This document shows, piece after piece, positions 1 through 13,358 of a stretch of 64,000 nucleotides of DNA. The stretch comes from the human T2T-CHM13v2.0 reference genome, Homo sapiens, in assembly GCF_009914755.1 (NCBI RefSeq), contig NC_060926.1; one strand, given 5' to 3'. A model generated the notes under the pieces. The model did not search any database. It saw only the letters and a program-made list of their open reading frames with translations, and was not told where the DNA came from. Position 1 is the stretch's first letter, and each line of letters opens with the position of its first letter. The translations under genes and the position numbers were made by a program.

Positions 1-259
1 AAACGTAAAGTAGATTCTTTTCTTATGTGTGTTGGAAAAAAAGGCCTCTAAAATAGAGCAATAGTCTTTTTTTTTTTAGCTTTGCAATCGTTTCTCACAC
101 TAATACCTAGGGTTGCTAGAATAAAACTTTATATAACGCATTACAATGCAATTTTCCTTAAATTTTACAAAATTGCAGGAACCTCCTTATATTTTATCTT
201 TACTACAATCTCAACCACTTTCTAACCATTGTTACTAACTGGAGTTTAAACATAACGAT

Positions 260-600
260 ATAATAATAGCTCTTGCCTACACATCTCCATTAAGCCTTAA
301 GTTTTCAGCGTCAACTGGATAAAATTTATAATTTTTAAGGTAAAATTCAAGGCATTACATGTCTGACATGGCCATAACTAATTGGCTTATTACCCATCCC
401 CTATGAAATCTTTGCTTTCATCAGACTCAAATATTTACACTTGCACACACACACACACACCCCCTGCATTCTCCCAAAGTAAGGCTGTGATCATGCTGCT
501 ACCTCCATAAGGAACGCTATTTGGCAATCTCTGTCTTATGAAATCCTAATCATGCCTCAAAGTCTTATCAAGTCTCTTTTTCTGAGAGATCCTTCTGGGT
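260..600 (+). mobile_element. Degraded L2-like fragment containing a short (CA)n
   Basis: L2-like wording 'catgctgctacctcc...tcctaatcatgcctcaaagtc...gagagatccttctg'; (CA)n at ~444-460. Confidence 0.35.
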
Positions 601-619
601 CTTTGGCTGAGTACTAGTA

Positions 620-2585
620 TGCATATGACAAAGAGGAAACTAAGGCCAGTAAAAGAACCAATATAAGAGAGTAGATTGATGTATTTCCTGAGCTAACACA
701 TGAAAAAGGGAATAATTTGTGCTCTTATAAACTAGAGAGTTAAGTCTTCATAGTATAAGGCATATTAGGTAAAGTCATCAGAAATTCATCACCTTAGTGG
801 GAGAAATTAAGGCTACACTAAATGCTGCTCTGATCTTGCCATTACAAATATTAGAAGGAAGACTTGAAATGATCACACTTACCTGAAAATAACAAAACTG
901 CATGCCAGAACTAAATCCCAAAAAAAGTTATTTAAAGGAATGCAACAAAATCCAGAAACCAATTACAAAAAATCATAAGATCTTGCATCCAATAAAAATC
1001 CCCAGACATGCACAGAAGGTGGAATATTTGACACATAGCTAGTAGAAAAATAAATAGTTACAAAGATATCCAGAATTACGGAGGTCAAAGCAACAACAAC
1101 AACCAGCAATCAAGGACATAAAGGAACACTTATACAATAAGATCTATATTATAAGAAGTTAGAGAAATATGTGAGCATAATGAAAGTCACACGAAAGTTA
1201 TAAAATGACACAAATCACACTGTAAAATAAAAACTATTATCAAAATGATAAATATACTGGATAGCATTAATGGTTGAATAGACATTGCAAAAAGGAAGAA
1301 AAATAATTTAAAGACATAGCTGTAGAAACAATTTAGAATAAGTCACAGAAATAAACAATAAATGACTGAGATTAGTGACCTGTATAACAGTATCAGATAG
1401 TCTACCACCTGTATTCTGATTGGCCTAGAAGGTGGTGAAAGCAAAAAACTTTGGATAAATAATTGCCCAAGTTATTTTGTATTGATGACAATTATGTATC
1501 CACTCATTCAAGAAACTCAGAAAACTACAAGCAGAATAAACATAGGGAAAACCATGGCAAGGCATATCAGATTCCACTACTGTATAGGGAATGTCCTTAA
1601 CCTGATTTAAAAAATTACAAAATCTGTAATTAGCATGGTCCCTATTGATGAATTATGTCCATTCTCAGTTGTATTAAATGTAAGTCTGATGGACCTTATC
1701 TATGAATAAGGATTAAAAGTAAATAAAAGCATACAAATTTAAAAGCAGGAAGCAACACTAAATAATCTTCTATGTAGAAAATTCTGTGTAATATTAATAA
1801 ACTTACTGTAAAAATATGATATTTTTTAAATATCTCAGGGCATTAGATTATCAAAAACATATTAATTCTATTTTTATGTATAAGCCAGGAACAAGGAGAT
1901 GGAAACAGCAAAAAAAACATAAAATATTTAGTAATATATTTTTTGAAGGTTTACAACACATATACACTCAAAATTGCAAAGAAAAATAGAGAAAATAAAG
2001 ATGACTAAAATAAATAGAAATATATACTGGGCTTATGGATGGGAGACTTAGTATTGTTAATGTGTTATTTCTCCACTTGATGAACTAAATAAATCTCCAT
2101 AACTTTGAGAGGAGAGATTGGGATTCAAAATTGATCGGTGGATTCAAAAATTCAAAGAATGTAATATTGCTGCAACTAATTTAATATTTTTTCAGAGAAT
2201 AAAGTTGCAGGACTTGGAAGACCTAATTCTGAGCTACTGTAATCAAGAAATGATGGAGTTTGTATAAAATATAGATAATTGTAATAGGAAACAGTATCCA
2301 CAGAGAGACCAATCAAATTATCATTGATTGATTTTCTACTAAATTGCAAAAGTCTTTCAATAACCTCTTCAGCAAATGATGTTGGAACAATTTAAAAATG
2401 ATATGCAAACAATGAATTTTTGTCCCATACATGGCACCATAAACAAAAATTGATTTAAAATATGTTAAAGGCTCAATAAATGTAAGGCTAAAACTATAAA
2501 ACTTTTATTAAAACCCAGGAGATAATATGTTATATGAGCTTGGCATAAATTTCATAAGTAAGACATAAAAATATTAAGAATTAAA
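620..2585 (+). mobile_element. Old L1M: 5' region and ORF1 joined by a large deletion (~1580) to the ORF2 3' half
   Basis: ORF1-like 'attagtgacctgtataacagtatc' and 'aaccatggcaaggcatatc'; then ORF2-like 'ctcttcagcaaatgatgttggaacaat' and 'aatgtaaggctaaaactataaaactttt'. Confidence 0.75.
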
Positions 2586-2619
2586 CGGCAAAAGAAACCA
2601 AGAAACTGACTTATAAAAG

Positions 2620-3260
2620 TGTGTGACTGCTCAAAATCTAAAATGAACCTTGGGCTCCCAAAATTTTATGGGCAAGAAGAAAACTTAGAAATCGTTGCAG
2701 CCTTCAAGCATGTTTTCCAGTGTTCACTTCAATGCTCAATGTGGCCAAGAGGGGTAAGAGAAAGGAGGAATGCCCCTGAGCATTAAGGCAAGGACAAACA
2801 ACAAAAATATCAAAAAAGTGAACTGTTTCTAGGGAGCATAATTCAGGTCTAATAATGAAATATTACCTACATCTGTAGTGAACTTCCATCAAAATATCTA
2901 CCAAATGGGATTTTACTGAATAGGAACTCCACATGTCTGTGGTTTTCCCCATTTCTAAATGTGAAATATTTGTTCTGCTTATAGTTCCTGTTTCATTATT
3001 ATACAATGAATATGTGCAGTACAAGGAACATATGATTTTATTTTCTACCGACCAGTTTCACCCCCTAATGTAGAGACTCCTGCATATCACCAGAGAGCCT
3101 ACATTTAAGCTTGATTTATTTCTTAGATGAGATTTTCAGATTGGCCCACTTAGGGAGGGTCTAAGTGTATTTCAGCCAAAGAAAACTGAATAAGCCAATA
3201 CTTGGTAAACAGAAGGGTAGACAGTGATACTCGTGAATGATCTTCACACAATATTTTTGA
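2620..3260 (+). mobile_element. MaLR (MLT1-type) internal-region remnant ending near an LTR boundary
   Basis: 'gatgagattttcag...gggagggtctaagtgtattt...cagaagggtagac' resembles the MLT1-int 3' end and polypurine tract. Confidence 0.5.
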
Positions 3261-3459
3261 AACTTCAACTTCTACCGTAACGAAGAGCAATATTCCATCT
3301 GTCTGAGCCATACAGTAAATGTGACACAAAGCAGAGTACTAGATACACCTTTGATATATTAAACCACTGGCATGTTAAATGTTGTTTATTACTCTTCCTA
3401 AATTTGCCTATCCTTATTGATGGTCCAGTATGATTTTTACACGAATATCTTACCAAATT

Positions 3460-3890
3460 AGCTTATCCTGATTGATACTCCAGTATGATTTTTATACCAA
3501 TATCTGAGTAAACCTTTTTAAAATAGCACATTGGAATTATTGACACAAAATGTATAAATATAATATCAGTAATGAAAATCTAATACTATGTTATCAGATA
3601 ACATACTGTGACCCACAGGATTTATTAGGAGAATTCAGGGAAGGTTCAAACTCAGAAAAAAATCAACATAATTTATTACCTAAAATATTAAGCATATCAC
3701 TAGATGTTGAAGGCATTGGATAAAAAATTATAAAACATTTCTAACAGGAATGATAGGAAACTACATAAATATCCAATAATATTTGACTCAAACCAAAGCA
3801 AACATTGTTCTGATTGACAAAACACTGAGTACATTTCAGTTAAAATTAGAAACAAGTCAGAAATGCTTTCTTTTATTCCTGTTCTTATGC
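3460..3890 (+). mobile_element. Ancient L1M ORF2 (RT region) fragment
   Basis: 'gtgacccacaggatttattaggagaattcagggaaggttcaa' and 'aaaattagaaacaagtcagaaatgc' follow L1 ORF2 order. Confidence 0.55.
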
Positions 3891-4824
3891 TAAGGTATTT
3901 TTGTCAGGCTAAACATTAAAAAATTGATATCTTTTTTCTAATTGTTTCCTAGGTCCTGTGGAGAAAAAAGTCTGGTCTTTATTGCTAGTGCTTCAAACCC
4001 TTTATGTTCTAGAACCACAACAGATGCTATTATTAATAATTTTCCATGATTGTCCAGCTAAATTCTGTTTTTGAAAGCCTGGTCAGCCTCTTTACTCATG
4101 ATTTGGTGTTACTGCCATACATATTTTATTCTCTGAACCAGGTTTTCTTTGCCCTTTTATGATTACCAGCCTTCATTTATAAGCTAATGTCTCTTTTATG
4201 TTTTTATTTTTCCCAAGGCCTCTATTAAGTTCTACCCCTTTCATTAAGACTTCTTGTTTGTGTAGCTTCTGATTGGATCATTATTTGAATACTAATTATT
4301 GTAAAATTTGATAATTGTGCATTACTATTTTTACTTTTACTAATCTCTCTCCCATTTCTTCTCTTCCTCCTCTTTTTCCTTTCCCTCTTTCTCTTAAGTT
4401 TGTGTTTTGGGTTTGCATTTTATCCTTCCATTCTCAAACAGTAACTGTTAATTCAGGAACACACATTGTCTCAGACTTCTCATTATACTCACATTTATTT
4501 ATAAGTACATTAAATGCTATTCATATTGATTGATAGATTTAAACTTGTGCAAATACTTTATTTGGTGACCTGATGAAATGCATCTGGAATTATCTATTCC
4601 TGTAATAGCAGTACACTGGCTATTTGACCACGATTAAAAATGCCAGAAGCAAATTGAAGGATTTTTTTACAAGGGTTTCAGATTCATATAAATTTGCACT
4701 TAAGAATAATGTGTTCAAAAAATATATATAACATTCCATGAAAACAATTCAATAGGATATTAAATCTGTACAATCTTTTTAATTTTATTTTTATGGAAAG
4801 AAAAGAAAAATTGTTAATTTTCTA

Positions 4825-4935
4825 CAGTGTCCAAGGCCTAGTATTAAGTGATTTTTCTCTACATTATCTCCACTAATCTTCAAAATGACTCTTCTAGGAG
4901 ACATTAACACCTATATTTTGCAGATATGGCTCTGA
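4825..4935 (-). mobile_element. MIR fragment
   Basis: 'acattatctccactaatcttcaaaatgactct...cctatattttgcagata' matches the antisense MIR core. Confidence 0.55.
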
Positions 4936-5354
4936 CATGTATATATTTCTGGTATATTTTATATGGTTGTGTTTTTATTCACAACCCAGGGTGTTAGTGT
5001 ACTGGCATTAACATTTCCACCAATTAGACTACTGATTTTTATAGTCCACATATCTCAGTATATAAATAGGTCATATAGAAATGTTGTCATAGCCCTGAAT
5101 TTGCTTACTGTAGATTATTTTAATATATGTATGTGTTTAGTATATACACATACATATTTTATACACACATATACATATATATCACATATATTATACAATG
5201 ATGTCTCAACTTTTGATTTTAACCATGAGGTGACTCTGTTCATAGCAGATAGTTCTTAATGTAGTAGGTCTGTTTCAGTTACTTCAGAAATATCTGAATG
5301 CTAAGCATATAGGATAAATGAAAATTAATTTGGCTATTCTTGTACTGTTCAGAT

Positions 5355-5541
5355 CAGGGTTTGGCAGAATGCTATCCATGGACCACACCACATGAATTAT
5401 TTTTCTATTGCCATAGAGGTAAAATGTTTTTTACACCTTAAGGGTTGTTAAAAACAGAAAACAATATGTGACAGGGGCATTTACCTACAAAGCTTAAAAT
5501 ATTGAAGTGTCCTTTTTCAGAAAAAAAAATTCTGATCTGTG
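5355..5541 (+). mobile_element. MER58C-like hAT-Charlie MITE
   Basis: Starts cagggtttggcagaa; internal 'aagggttgttaaaaac' and 'caaagcttaaaatatt'; degenerate 8-bp TSD gttcagat (5347-5354) / gttcaggc (5542-5549). Confidence 0.8.
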
Positions 5542-7305
5542 GTTCAGGCATGCCTAAAGTAAGATATCAAAAGAAGAAAATGGAATATAGATTTGTGTTA
5601 AATATTCTAAATTTATTGTGAATTAACATCAATGGTTTAAATGGAAGCCCCTTGATTTTCGAGTGGTCATCATTAATGACATAACTCCACAGATTGTTTC
5701 ACAGATTGTGTTTTATGCAATTGACACTATTATGTAATAGTGTCAATACTTAGTTGCGACTTAAATTTCTTAAGTACAAATAAAATATTTACAGAAATTT
5801 GGTACACAGAATTGAAACCTATATTAAAATAACTAGAATATCAAATGGTTAGCTACTCTCCCTACATAAAAGTGAGAGATAGTGAATGCACAGAGACCAA
5901 GACACCAATATTTATAAAGCTGTTTCAGCTAGGAGGAGAAAAGCGTATCTTTCATAACCCATATTTGTAGTATGTGTTTACATAAGAAAAACGTCTTCAA
6001 TTAGATTAAATTCAGTAATTATGGAGTTGATCTAGTCGAGAAATTTTCATCATCAACTCTTACACAACTTGAAAGATACTCAGTAGAACAAAAATTGTCC
6101 TAAATGTTGAAAGAATAAACACTTCATGAAAAAAAAAAGTGACTAGGACATGGGAAGTTTACTTAAAAGAGTAAGAACTAAGGTTTTAGTGTAGCACTAC
6201 TTCCATATAACCAAAATAAGAATATTTGAAACACTATATCCAAGTAACAACTTTGCTAGGCTTGGTTGCATTGATAATGGCAAGATTAAAATATTTGAAA
6301 ATATATCACCTGATCAGCCATTTAAATTGATTATATCTGGACATTTTCTATAATAAAGATATTTTGCAATAAAAATAAGTGAGAATTATAAGTGGGATAA
6401 TTTTAGCTATTAAAAATAATGAAAACGTCCATGTCATAAACTGTTGCTGTGATCACAAATCATAACAAATTTTACAAATGAGGATTTTAATTATTTACAT
6501 AATATAGTGCAATTATCATGTTTCATAAAATGATAATAATTGCCCCTCAAATGATTGTATTGTTGAATTTACAACTATATTTATAATTTAGAATTGCTAC
6601 ACTAAAATAGTCCACTCCTTTTAATGTCATCAAACCATTGGAGGAATAAATGAGAATATTTTACACAAATATGAACTATTCTAAATAGATATTGAGTAGA
6701 AATTTACATAATAGTTGTAATATATTCAGTTTGTTATGTAAAACTTAAATTATCAAAATTTGATGTTTTATTATTGAAAAATACCTTGAAAAATATGTGT
6801 TCACTGCAGTGTAAATATAAAAGAAGGACTAGTTTTAGAGTTAATTAAAACTATTTCTTGATATAAACTTGTAAAATTAACAAAAATGAATCACTATGAA
6901 TATCAGTCTGACGTTGTGAATTCCTGGTGCTTGAAGGTTATATATCTTAAATATATTATGAGAGATTTTAGATTTATCTTATAAATGTGTGCATCACCAA
7001 TATCGTTAAGATTTTTGCTAGTGGTTTTCGCATCATAAGATAGAGAAAAAGAAAAAAACTGCCTAAAAATGATACCAATGAGACATCTAAAATTTGTGTT
7101 ATTTTTTGAAGTCTAGAAAAAAACCGGATATTTATCTCTAGGTTATTGTTAGGGAAACTGAAATTTTAACTTAAAAAATACATTCTGGTTAATTTATGTT
7201 GCTGTTGTGCTACCAGAAATGTCTTTATTACTAAGTAGACTCAAAGTATATATAAATGGATGAAAATAAAACAGACACCAAAGGTTGGAAGCATGATTTG
7301 AAGTA

Positions 7306-7775
7306 CAATAGTCTTCCTTTATTCACAGGATCTATGTTCAGGGCCCTGAAGTGGACACTTGAAATCACAGATAGTACTGAAATCTATATGCACTATAGGG
7401 TAAGAGATTGACAACAATAGCTAATAATTTTAAGTGAACAAGCATAACAATATACTGTAATAAAAGTTATGTAAATGTGGCCTCTATCAACATATCTTGT
7501 ACTATACTTATTCTTCTTGTGATCTGTCCATCTGATAACTGAGATGGCCAGTAAGTAACTATTGGATGGGGAGCATAGACAGCATGAATTCACTGGACAA
7601 ACTAATGATTTATATCCTGGGCAGGACGAACTGGGACGGCACTCGATTTTACCATGCTTCTCAAAATGGCACTCAATTTAAAACATGGTTGCTTATTTCT
7701 GGAATTTTCCATTTTACATTTTTGGACCACAGTTGACTATGGGTAACTGTGAAACCACTAAAGTGGAGAGAGGGA
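7306..7775 (+). mobile_element. MER44B-like Tigger (TcMar) derivative
   Basis: TA then TIR-like 'caatagtcttcctttattcac'; internal 'atatactgtaataaaagttatgt' and 'tatttctggaattttccatttt...ggaccacagttgactatgggtaactg'. Confidence 0.85.
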
Positions 7776-8099
7776 GGAGGTGGCAACTCTGCTGAATTCC
7801 TTAATATCTAATTGCATGTTATTTTAAATATTATCATGTAGTAAAATTGACTTTTCAAAAATTGGTATACCATTTTATAAATTTTAAAGCATTTAGAGTT
7901 GAATCAACACCACCACAAACAGAAAGCTGTATAGTTCCATGAGCTGAAACAATATTTCTTACGGCTTTTCCTTTATAATTAACTTATTTGATAAATATTT
8001 TAAAAAGAGATTTATTGCAAAAGAGTTCACATACCATAAAATTTGACAATTTAATATGTACAATTTGGTGGATTTTAGTGTATTCAGAGAATGTACCAC

Positions 8100-8648
8100 T
8101 GTAAAGTCAGGGTTCTCCAGAGAGACAGAACAACTAGGAAAGGAAGGAAGGCAGGAAGGCAGGAAGAGAAAGAAGGGAAGAAGGAAGGCAGGAAGAGAAA
8201 GAAGGAAAGGAAGAAGGGAAGGAAGGAAGGAAGGAAGGGAGGGAGGGAAGGAGGGAGGGCGAGCCAGGGAAGTCCATGGTGTAACTCTCCGTCTGTGATC
8301 TAAGGACTGAGAACCCAGTGGGTAAGAGGGGCAGAGGGGTTGTGGTGGTGCAAGTTCCAGTGTCCGAATGCCTGGAGTTCTGATGTCCAAAGGCAGAAGA
8401 AGAAGGGTCCCCCAGCTCTAGAATACAGAGTGAATTTACCTTTCCTGTGCCTTTTGGTTGTATGTGGGCTTTCATCCCATTGGATGGTGCCACTTACATT
8501 GAGAGCAGATCTTCTTTACTCAGTTCCCTGATTCAAATGCCAAACATTTTCAGAAACACCTTCTCATATATGCCTAGAAATAATGTTTTACCAGCCATTT
8601 GTACATCCCTTAATCCAGTGAAGTTGATACCTATAATTTACCATTGTA
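8100..8648 (-). mobile_element. MLT2 (ERVL) solo LTR, MLT2B-like
   Basis: Termini 'tgtaaagtcagggttctccagagagacagaac' and 'aagttgatacctataatttaccattgta'; perfect 5-bp TSD accac (8095-8099 / 8649-8653). Confidence 0.9.
8136..8259 (+). repeat. (GGAA/GGGA)n polypurine microsatellite inside MLT2
   Basis: ~120 bp of almost pure purines. Confidence 0.95.
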
Positions 8649-8902
8649 ACCACCATCATCATGATTTATTTTTAGAACATTTTCATCACCCTTCATAAAA
8701 CAATCTACCCATTAGTACTCACTTCCCACACTTATCTCCCATAACTCTAGGCAACCACTAATCAATCTACTTTCTGTTTCTAAAGATTTGCTTTTTCTAG
8801 ACATTTTCTGTAAATGAAATTTTTACTGTAAATTTAATTTCTTGCAACTGAATTCTTTCCCATAGCACAAAGTTTTCAACTAATTAGTTACTCATGCAGT
8901 AA

Positions 8903-10440
8903 TGTCACAGAATCCTTAGGGTGTTGCTTCACCAGCCAGAAACCTCTGTGGCTGATGTGCTTTCTGCTTGTACATTGTGCATGCCCATCCAGCTCATTCT
9001 GCCCACTCGGCCTGGCTGGCTGTGCTCGGCTCATGCTACCCGCCTAGATTCCACATCTGCCAGGGTGAGCCAGGTGCAGAGTGGTGAGGAGTGTGTGAGT
9101 GAGCACAGGATCAAGACAGCCAGGTGTGCCAGCTGTGGGAGGGTGGGCAGCTCCAGGCGTTGGCACAGGTGCTGGCTCCATGAGAGGCTATGGCTGTACA
9201 AGGCATACTGCAATGGCTTTCACTGTGGGCATCAGGGAACTCAGTTCCATCTAGAAGCTTGGAGGCACCAGGAATCACAGATCCCCAAAGAGGGTGTCAC
9301 AGCTCTGGCCCAGGGAGACCCTATGTCTGGGCTCCCACAAGGGTTGCACCTCTTCTCTCCTTCTCATCACCTGCAACGTAGTGAGTGGAGGGCATATTTT
9401 AGCCCTGTTTGTGTCACAGCTCTTTCATTCCCACCATTTGGCGGGTCCCATGTTCTTGTTCCACATCCAGGAAGAATGAGGTATGTGGACAACTGGAGGG
9501 TGAGCAAGGTGGAGAGGAACTTCATTAAGTGACAGAACAGCTCTCAGATGACCCAAAATGGGTAGCTCCTTTCTGCAGGCCAGTCATCCCAATGAGTGGC
9601 CAGCTGTCAGTGGAGAGAAGACCAATGGTGGGGAGCTCCTTCCTGAAGCAGTTAGTCCCGATGTCTGTGTGAGTCTGGCTGAGTCCAAGGTTTTTATGGA
9701 CTCAGCAGGGAGGAAGTATGTGCTGATTGATCTGTGGGTGGCCATGAGTGGGCCCAGAAAAAGCACCATAAGTTATCACTCTGGGCAGTAGGCTCCACCC
9801 AGAACTGGCAGCCCAGCCCCCAGGCTTCAGGACCCCCGGCTTGAAGCCACCTTCAAGTTTCACCTGAACCCATCCCTTTCTGCTCAGGAACCTGTCTGGT
9901 CCCTGCCATAAACATGCCATCCATGGCCACCAGGATGTTTGTGCTGAGGGGTGCCAGCAGGCCTACACCAAGCTGCCCTTAGCCCTTAGCCACTTAGTCC
10001 CCCTGGTCCCCCTCCCTGAGCTCATTGGTGCCAAAAGTTTCAGAGGGGGCCAAGGCAGGAGGGATGGGACTAACATGTTAGTGCACACCTGGCTGGGTCA
10101 TAGCAGCACCTGGCCTCAGCTTCAACTTTGCTCTGAAATTGGAGTGGGCACCAGGAGCAGTGAGAGTCCAGGGAGTGGGAACAGACATTTCCAAGCCTGC
10201 AGGGCTTGGGGGCTTCCTGGGCCCCAAAGAGTGCAGGGATGGCCAGGTACACTGCAGATAGATGACTGAAGCTACACCTGGGAGCACTGGGCTCCTGCCC
10301 CTCCAAGTTGGTAGGGGTCAGGGCTCCTGCCTGTTCCCAGCTCCTGCTGGCCCTGTGGAGCATGCAACTCAAGCCATGCCTTCCCCACTGAAGTTGGTGT
10401 CTTCCCAGCAGCTGAACGAGTTGGGCTGCTGCTACCATCA
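8903..10440 (-). mobile_element. MER52A-type ERV1 solo LTR
   Basis: Termini 'tgtcacagaatccttagggtgttgcttcaccagccagaaacctctgtggc' and 'gctgctaccatca'; GC-rich ~1.54 kb; 4-bp TSD gtaa (8899-8902 / 10441-10444). Confidence 0.9.
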
Positions 10441-10506
10441 GTAACCAAAGTGATTTAATGCTTAATGATCTATACCGTTGGTATTCTAGGAAGAATAGTT
10501 GGACAA

Positions 10507-10886
10507 TGTATTAGTCCATTTTCATACTGCTATAAAGACATACCTGAAACTGGATAATTTATAAATCAAAGAGGTTTAATAGGTTTAATTGACTAACAGT
10601 TACCCATGGCTAGGGAGGCATCAGGAAACTTGCAATCATGGTGGAAGAGGAAGAGGCACATCTTACAACGTAGCAGGCAAGAGAGAGAGAGCAAACAAGA
10701 GAAGGGGGAAGAGCTCCTTATAAAACCATCAGATCTTGTGAGACCTCATTATCATGAGAATAGCATGGAGGAAATTGCCCCTATAATACAATTACCTCCC
10801 ACCAGGTCCCTCCTCAACACGTGAGGATTATGGGGATTATAATTCGAGATGAGATTTGGGTGGGGACACAGATCCAAACCATATCA
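10507..10886 (-). mobile_element. THE1/MSTA-type MaLR solo LTR
   Basis: 'tgtattagtccattttcatactgctataaag' to 'ggggacacagatccaaaccatatca'; TSD gacaa / gagaa. Confidence 0.92.
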
Positions 10887-13015
10887 GAGAAACTACTAAA
10901 GTCTTAATTAATTCACACTAAGAGAAAAATTATATATCTGGTAAACAGAATTGGGACTTGAATCAACACAACAGAAAATCATATCTCCAAACAAATGTCC
11001 TTTACCTAAATGATCCACTCGTGAAATTTCTGCTTCCCATTCTTGTGACTGCCTTGGAGAGCTAGAGGTTTTATTTCCCAAGGAGAATTTTTTCCACAAA
11101 GAGAAAAAACAATGGTTCCCATGTCATTGCCGTGGTGTTATGCTGAAGATTTCATATTTCATTGCTTTTCCCCTCTGTGTTCAAATACTCTCCTTACTGC
11201 TGGACCAGTTTACCTGAAGGTGGCACTCCTAGGCAACGTAGACTTACCACCAGCACTTGGCTATAAACTCACAAAAGCAGTAGCTGTGCACAGGCAACAT
11301 CCTCCTAGAAACTTCTAAACCGATCTCCACCTCACTCACTGCCACATGTCTTTTGTAGTTGTACTATAATAGTAGCTCATAGTTAGCTTCTAGACATTCT
11401 TGTAAACTCAGATTTTTCCACCTACTCCAATAGTACAGGAAATCTTGCAAGTCACATTTCTTTGATTTTTAAGTCTCTTATACTTTGCTCTCATTATTTT
11501 GTTTGAACTCCTTTGCTTTTTTAAAGATACATTTAGATATCTTACTGTATTTTAGTTTTATTTTTGAAAATCACAGTTTATTAAATCTAAAGTTTTAACT
11601 TTCTTTTCATTAAATAACTTCAATAATACAATGATTTACAATTTACCAATGACTTTGGACAAAACTTAAAGGACTCATAAAATCCATGCAACACATTATA
11701 GGAATTTAGATTGATTAATAAAATAGTCCTTGAGTCAAATAATTTCTGAAATCAAGTTGATAATAGGCAGCAAAAAGAAAAAAGTGTGTATTTTCACTCT
11801 GAAGTACTTCTACTTTACTTTTTTTGTCTGTTTGCACAAAATTTGCAATTCCATATAGCTATATTAAAAGTATCTTAGAATTGTGAGTGCTTAAAAAACA
11901 TTTCTAAATTTGAAAGCTACAGCGTCTATATTTATTGGTTTTGTAGCTTGCTTACATGGACTTAAACAATAAGTATGCACTGTAATAAAACTATAGTATA
12001 TTTCTATTCTTAGTTTTTAATTTAGTAAGACTAAGAAAACTGTTCATCATGTCACTGTTCTACCAAATTTATGTTTGCATTATCACTGCAAAATAGTGTT
12101 AATGTTAAATTTTTAACCCTTATTTACTATAACATTTATGGTATTCATAAATGTTTAAATATGAAAAAATAAACTTGCAAAGCTTTATTTTGAATTATGA
12201 ATAAAATTTTAAAATAAATTTTATTGTCATTGTCTTTAACAGATTTTTTTAGAATCATCCGTTAAGTTATATAACAGACATAATTTAACTGTTCGTGGTC
12301 TTTTTCAGCTAATGAAGCCAACACGGTAACAGCTCTTTCATTTTTAAGAGTGCAAACAAAAAATTTTTGGACTTGAAAATGAATAAAATTAATTGAGAAA
12401 CACAGTAAATTGTTCTAACGAAAAGTCAGGCTTTACAAAGTGGTATGTAAATATGCTTTTTATAACTTTCAAAATGCCTCATAAAAATGAGAGTACAGTA
12501 GCTGTTCCCAGCAATGCTGTAGGTTTTATCATCAGTGAGTAGCCTCCATTCTGACCTTGATAGAAAGCATTAATTATGCCAAGTCTAAAAAAAATTGTGA
12601 AACAAGAAACTGGTTATTCCAGGTGGATTTTCATATTTGACTGCATATTGAAGTGAATTTAGTTCACTCTGCATACTCTCCCACATTATTGGACTGGTGA
12701 CTCTCAAACTATCCACAGAAGAAAAATATCTTTGTAAAATAAAATCTAAATCAATTAGATAATGAAATAAAATAAAAGAGCAAGCATACAAAATAAAAGT
12801 TGATTTTGTTATTAGAGACAATTAATAAAAAATTGCTTGGTCGGAATGGTAAAGAAGTTTAAAAAAGTTTTCTCTCATCATATAGAGGACTGGTTAAAAG
12901 TTTGAGGTACTACACCAGTTCACTAACCAGTATTGTATTAGACAACTTCTAGTGCTAACCATGGCAGTATTTGAAAATACATAATGTGCCTTCCAAATAT
13001 ATTCTTGCTTATTTT

Positions 13016-13358
13016 GTTTTATATTTTATATTTTTAAAGTTTTAAAAATATTTTTTATTACTACTAGTCATTTAGAATTAGGATCTCACTCTGTTGCCCA
13101 GGCTGAAGTGCAGTGGTGCAACTGTAGCTCACTGCAACTTCAATCTTCTGGACTCAAGTGACCCTCTAGCTTCAGTCTCCTGAGTAACTGGAGTTACAGA
13201 CATCCAACACCATGCCTGGGTATATTTTTAAATTTTTTTGTAGAGATGGGGTCTTGGTATGTTTCTCTGGCTGTTCTCTAACTCCTGGCCTTAAGACATC
13301 CTCCTGCCTCAGCCTCTCAAAGCATTGGTATTATGGCCATAAGCCAGCACACCTGGCC
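13016..13358 (-). mobile_element. AluJ-type SINE with decayed tail
   Basis: 'tctcactctgttgcccaggctgaagtgcagtgg' to 'acacctggcc'; J-like diagnostics; degenerate TSD tcttgcttatttt / tgttgcatatttt. Confidence 0.9.

Larger units (their letters stand above)
7830..8890 (-). mobile_element. Old L1M 3'-end fragments interrupted by MLT2
   Basis: 'ttcacataccataaaatt...tagtgtattcagaga' resumes after the LTR as 'ttttagaacattttcatcaccc...ctaggcaaccactaatc'. Confidence 0.75.

Noticed and set aside
7959-8493. Pro/Ser/Leu/Phe-rich and Arg/Lys/Gly/Glu-rich ORFs
   Set aside because: Translations of the GGAA microsatellite.
8921-9532. Longest ORF (203 aa) and neighbouring ORFs up to 10444
   Set aside because: All lie in the GC-rich MER52A LTR, where stops are rare; GTG start and no recognisable domain.
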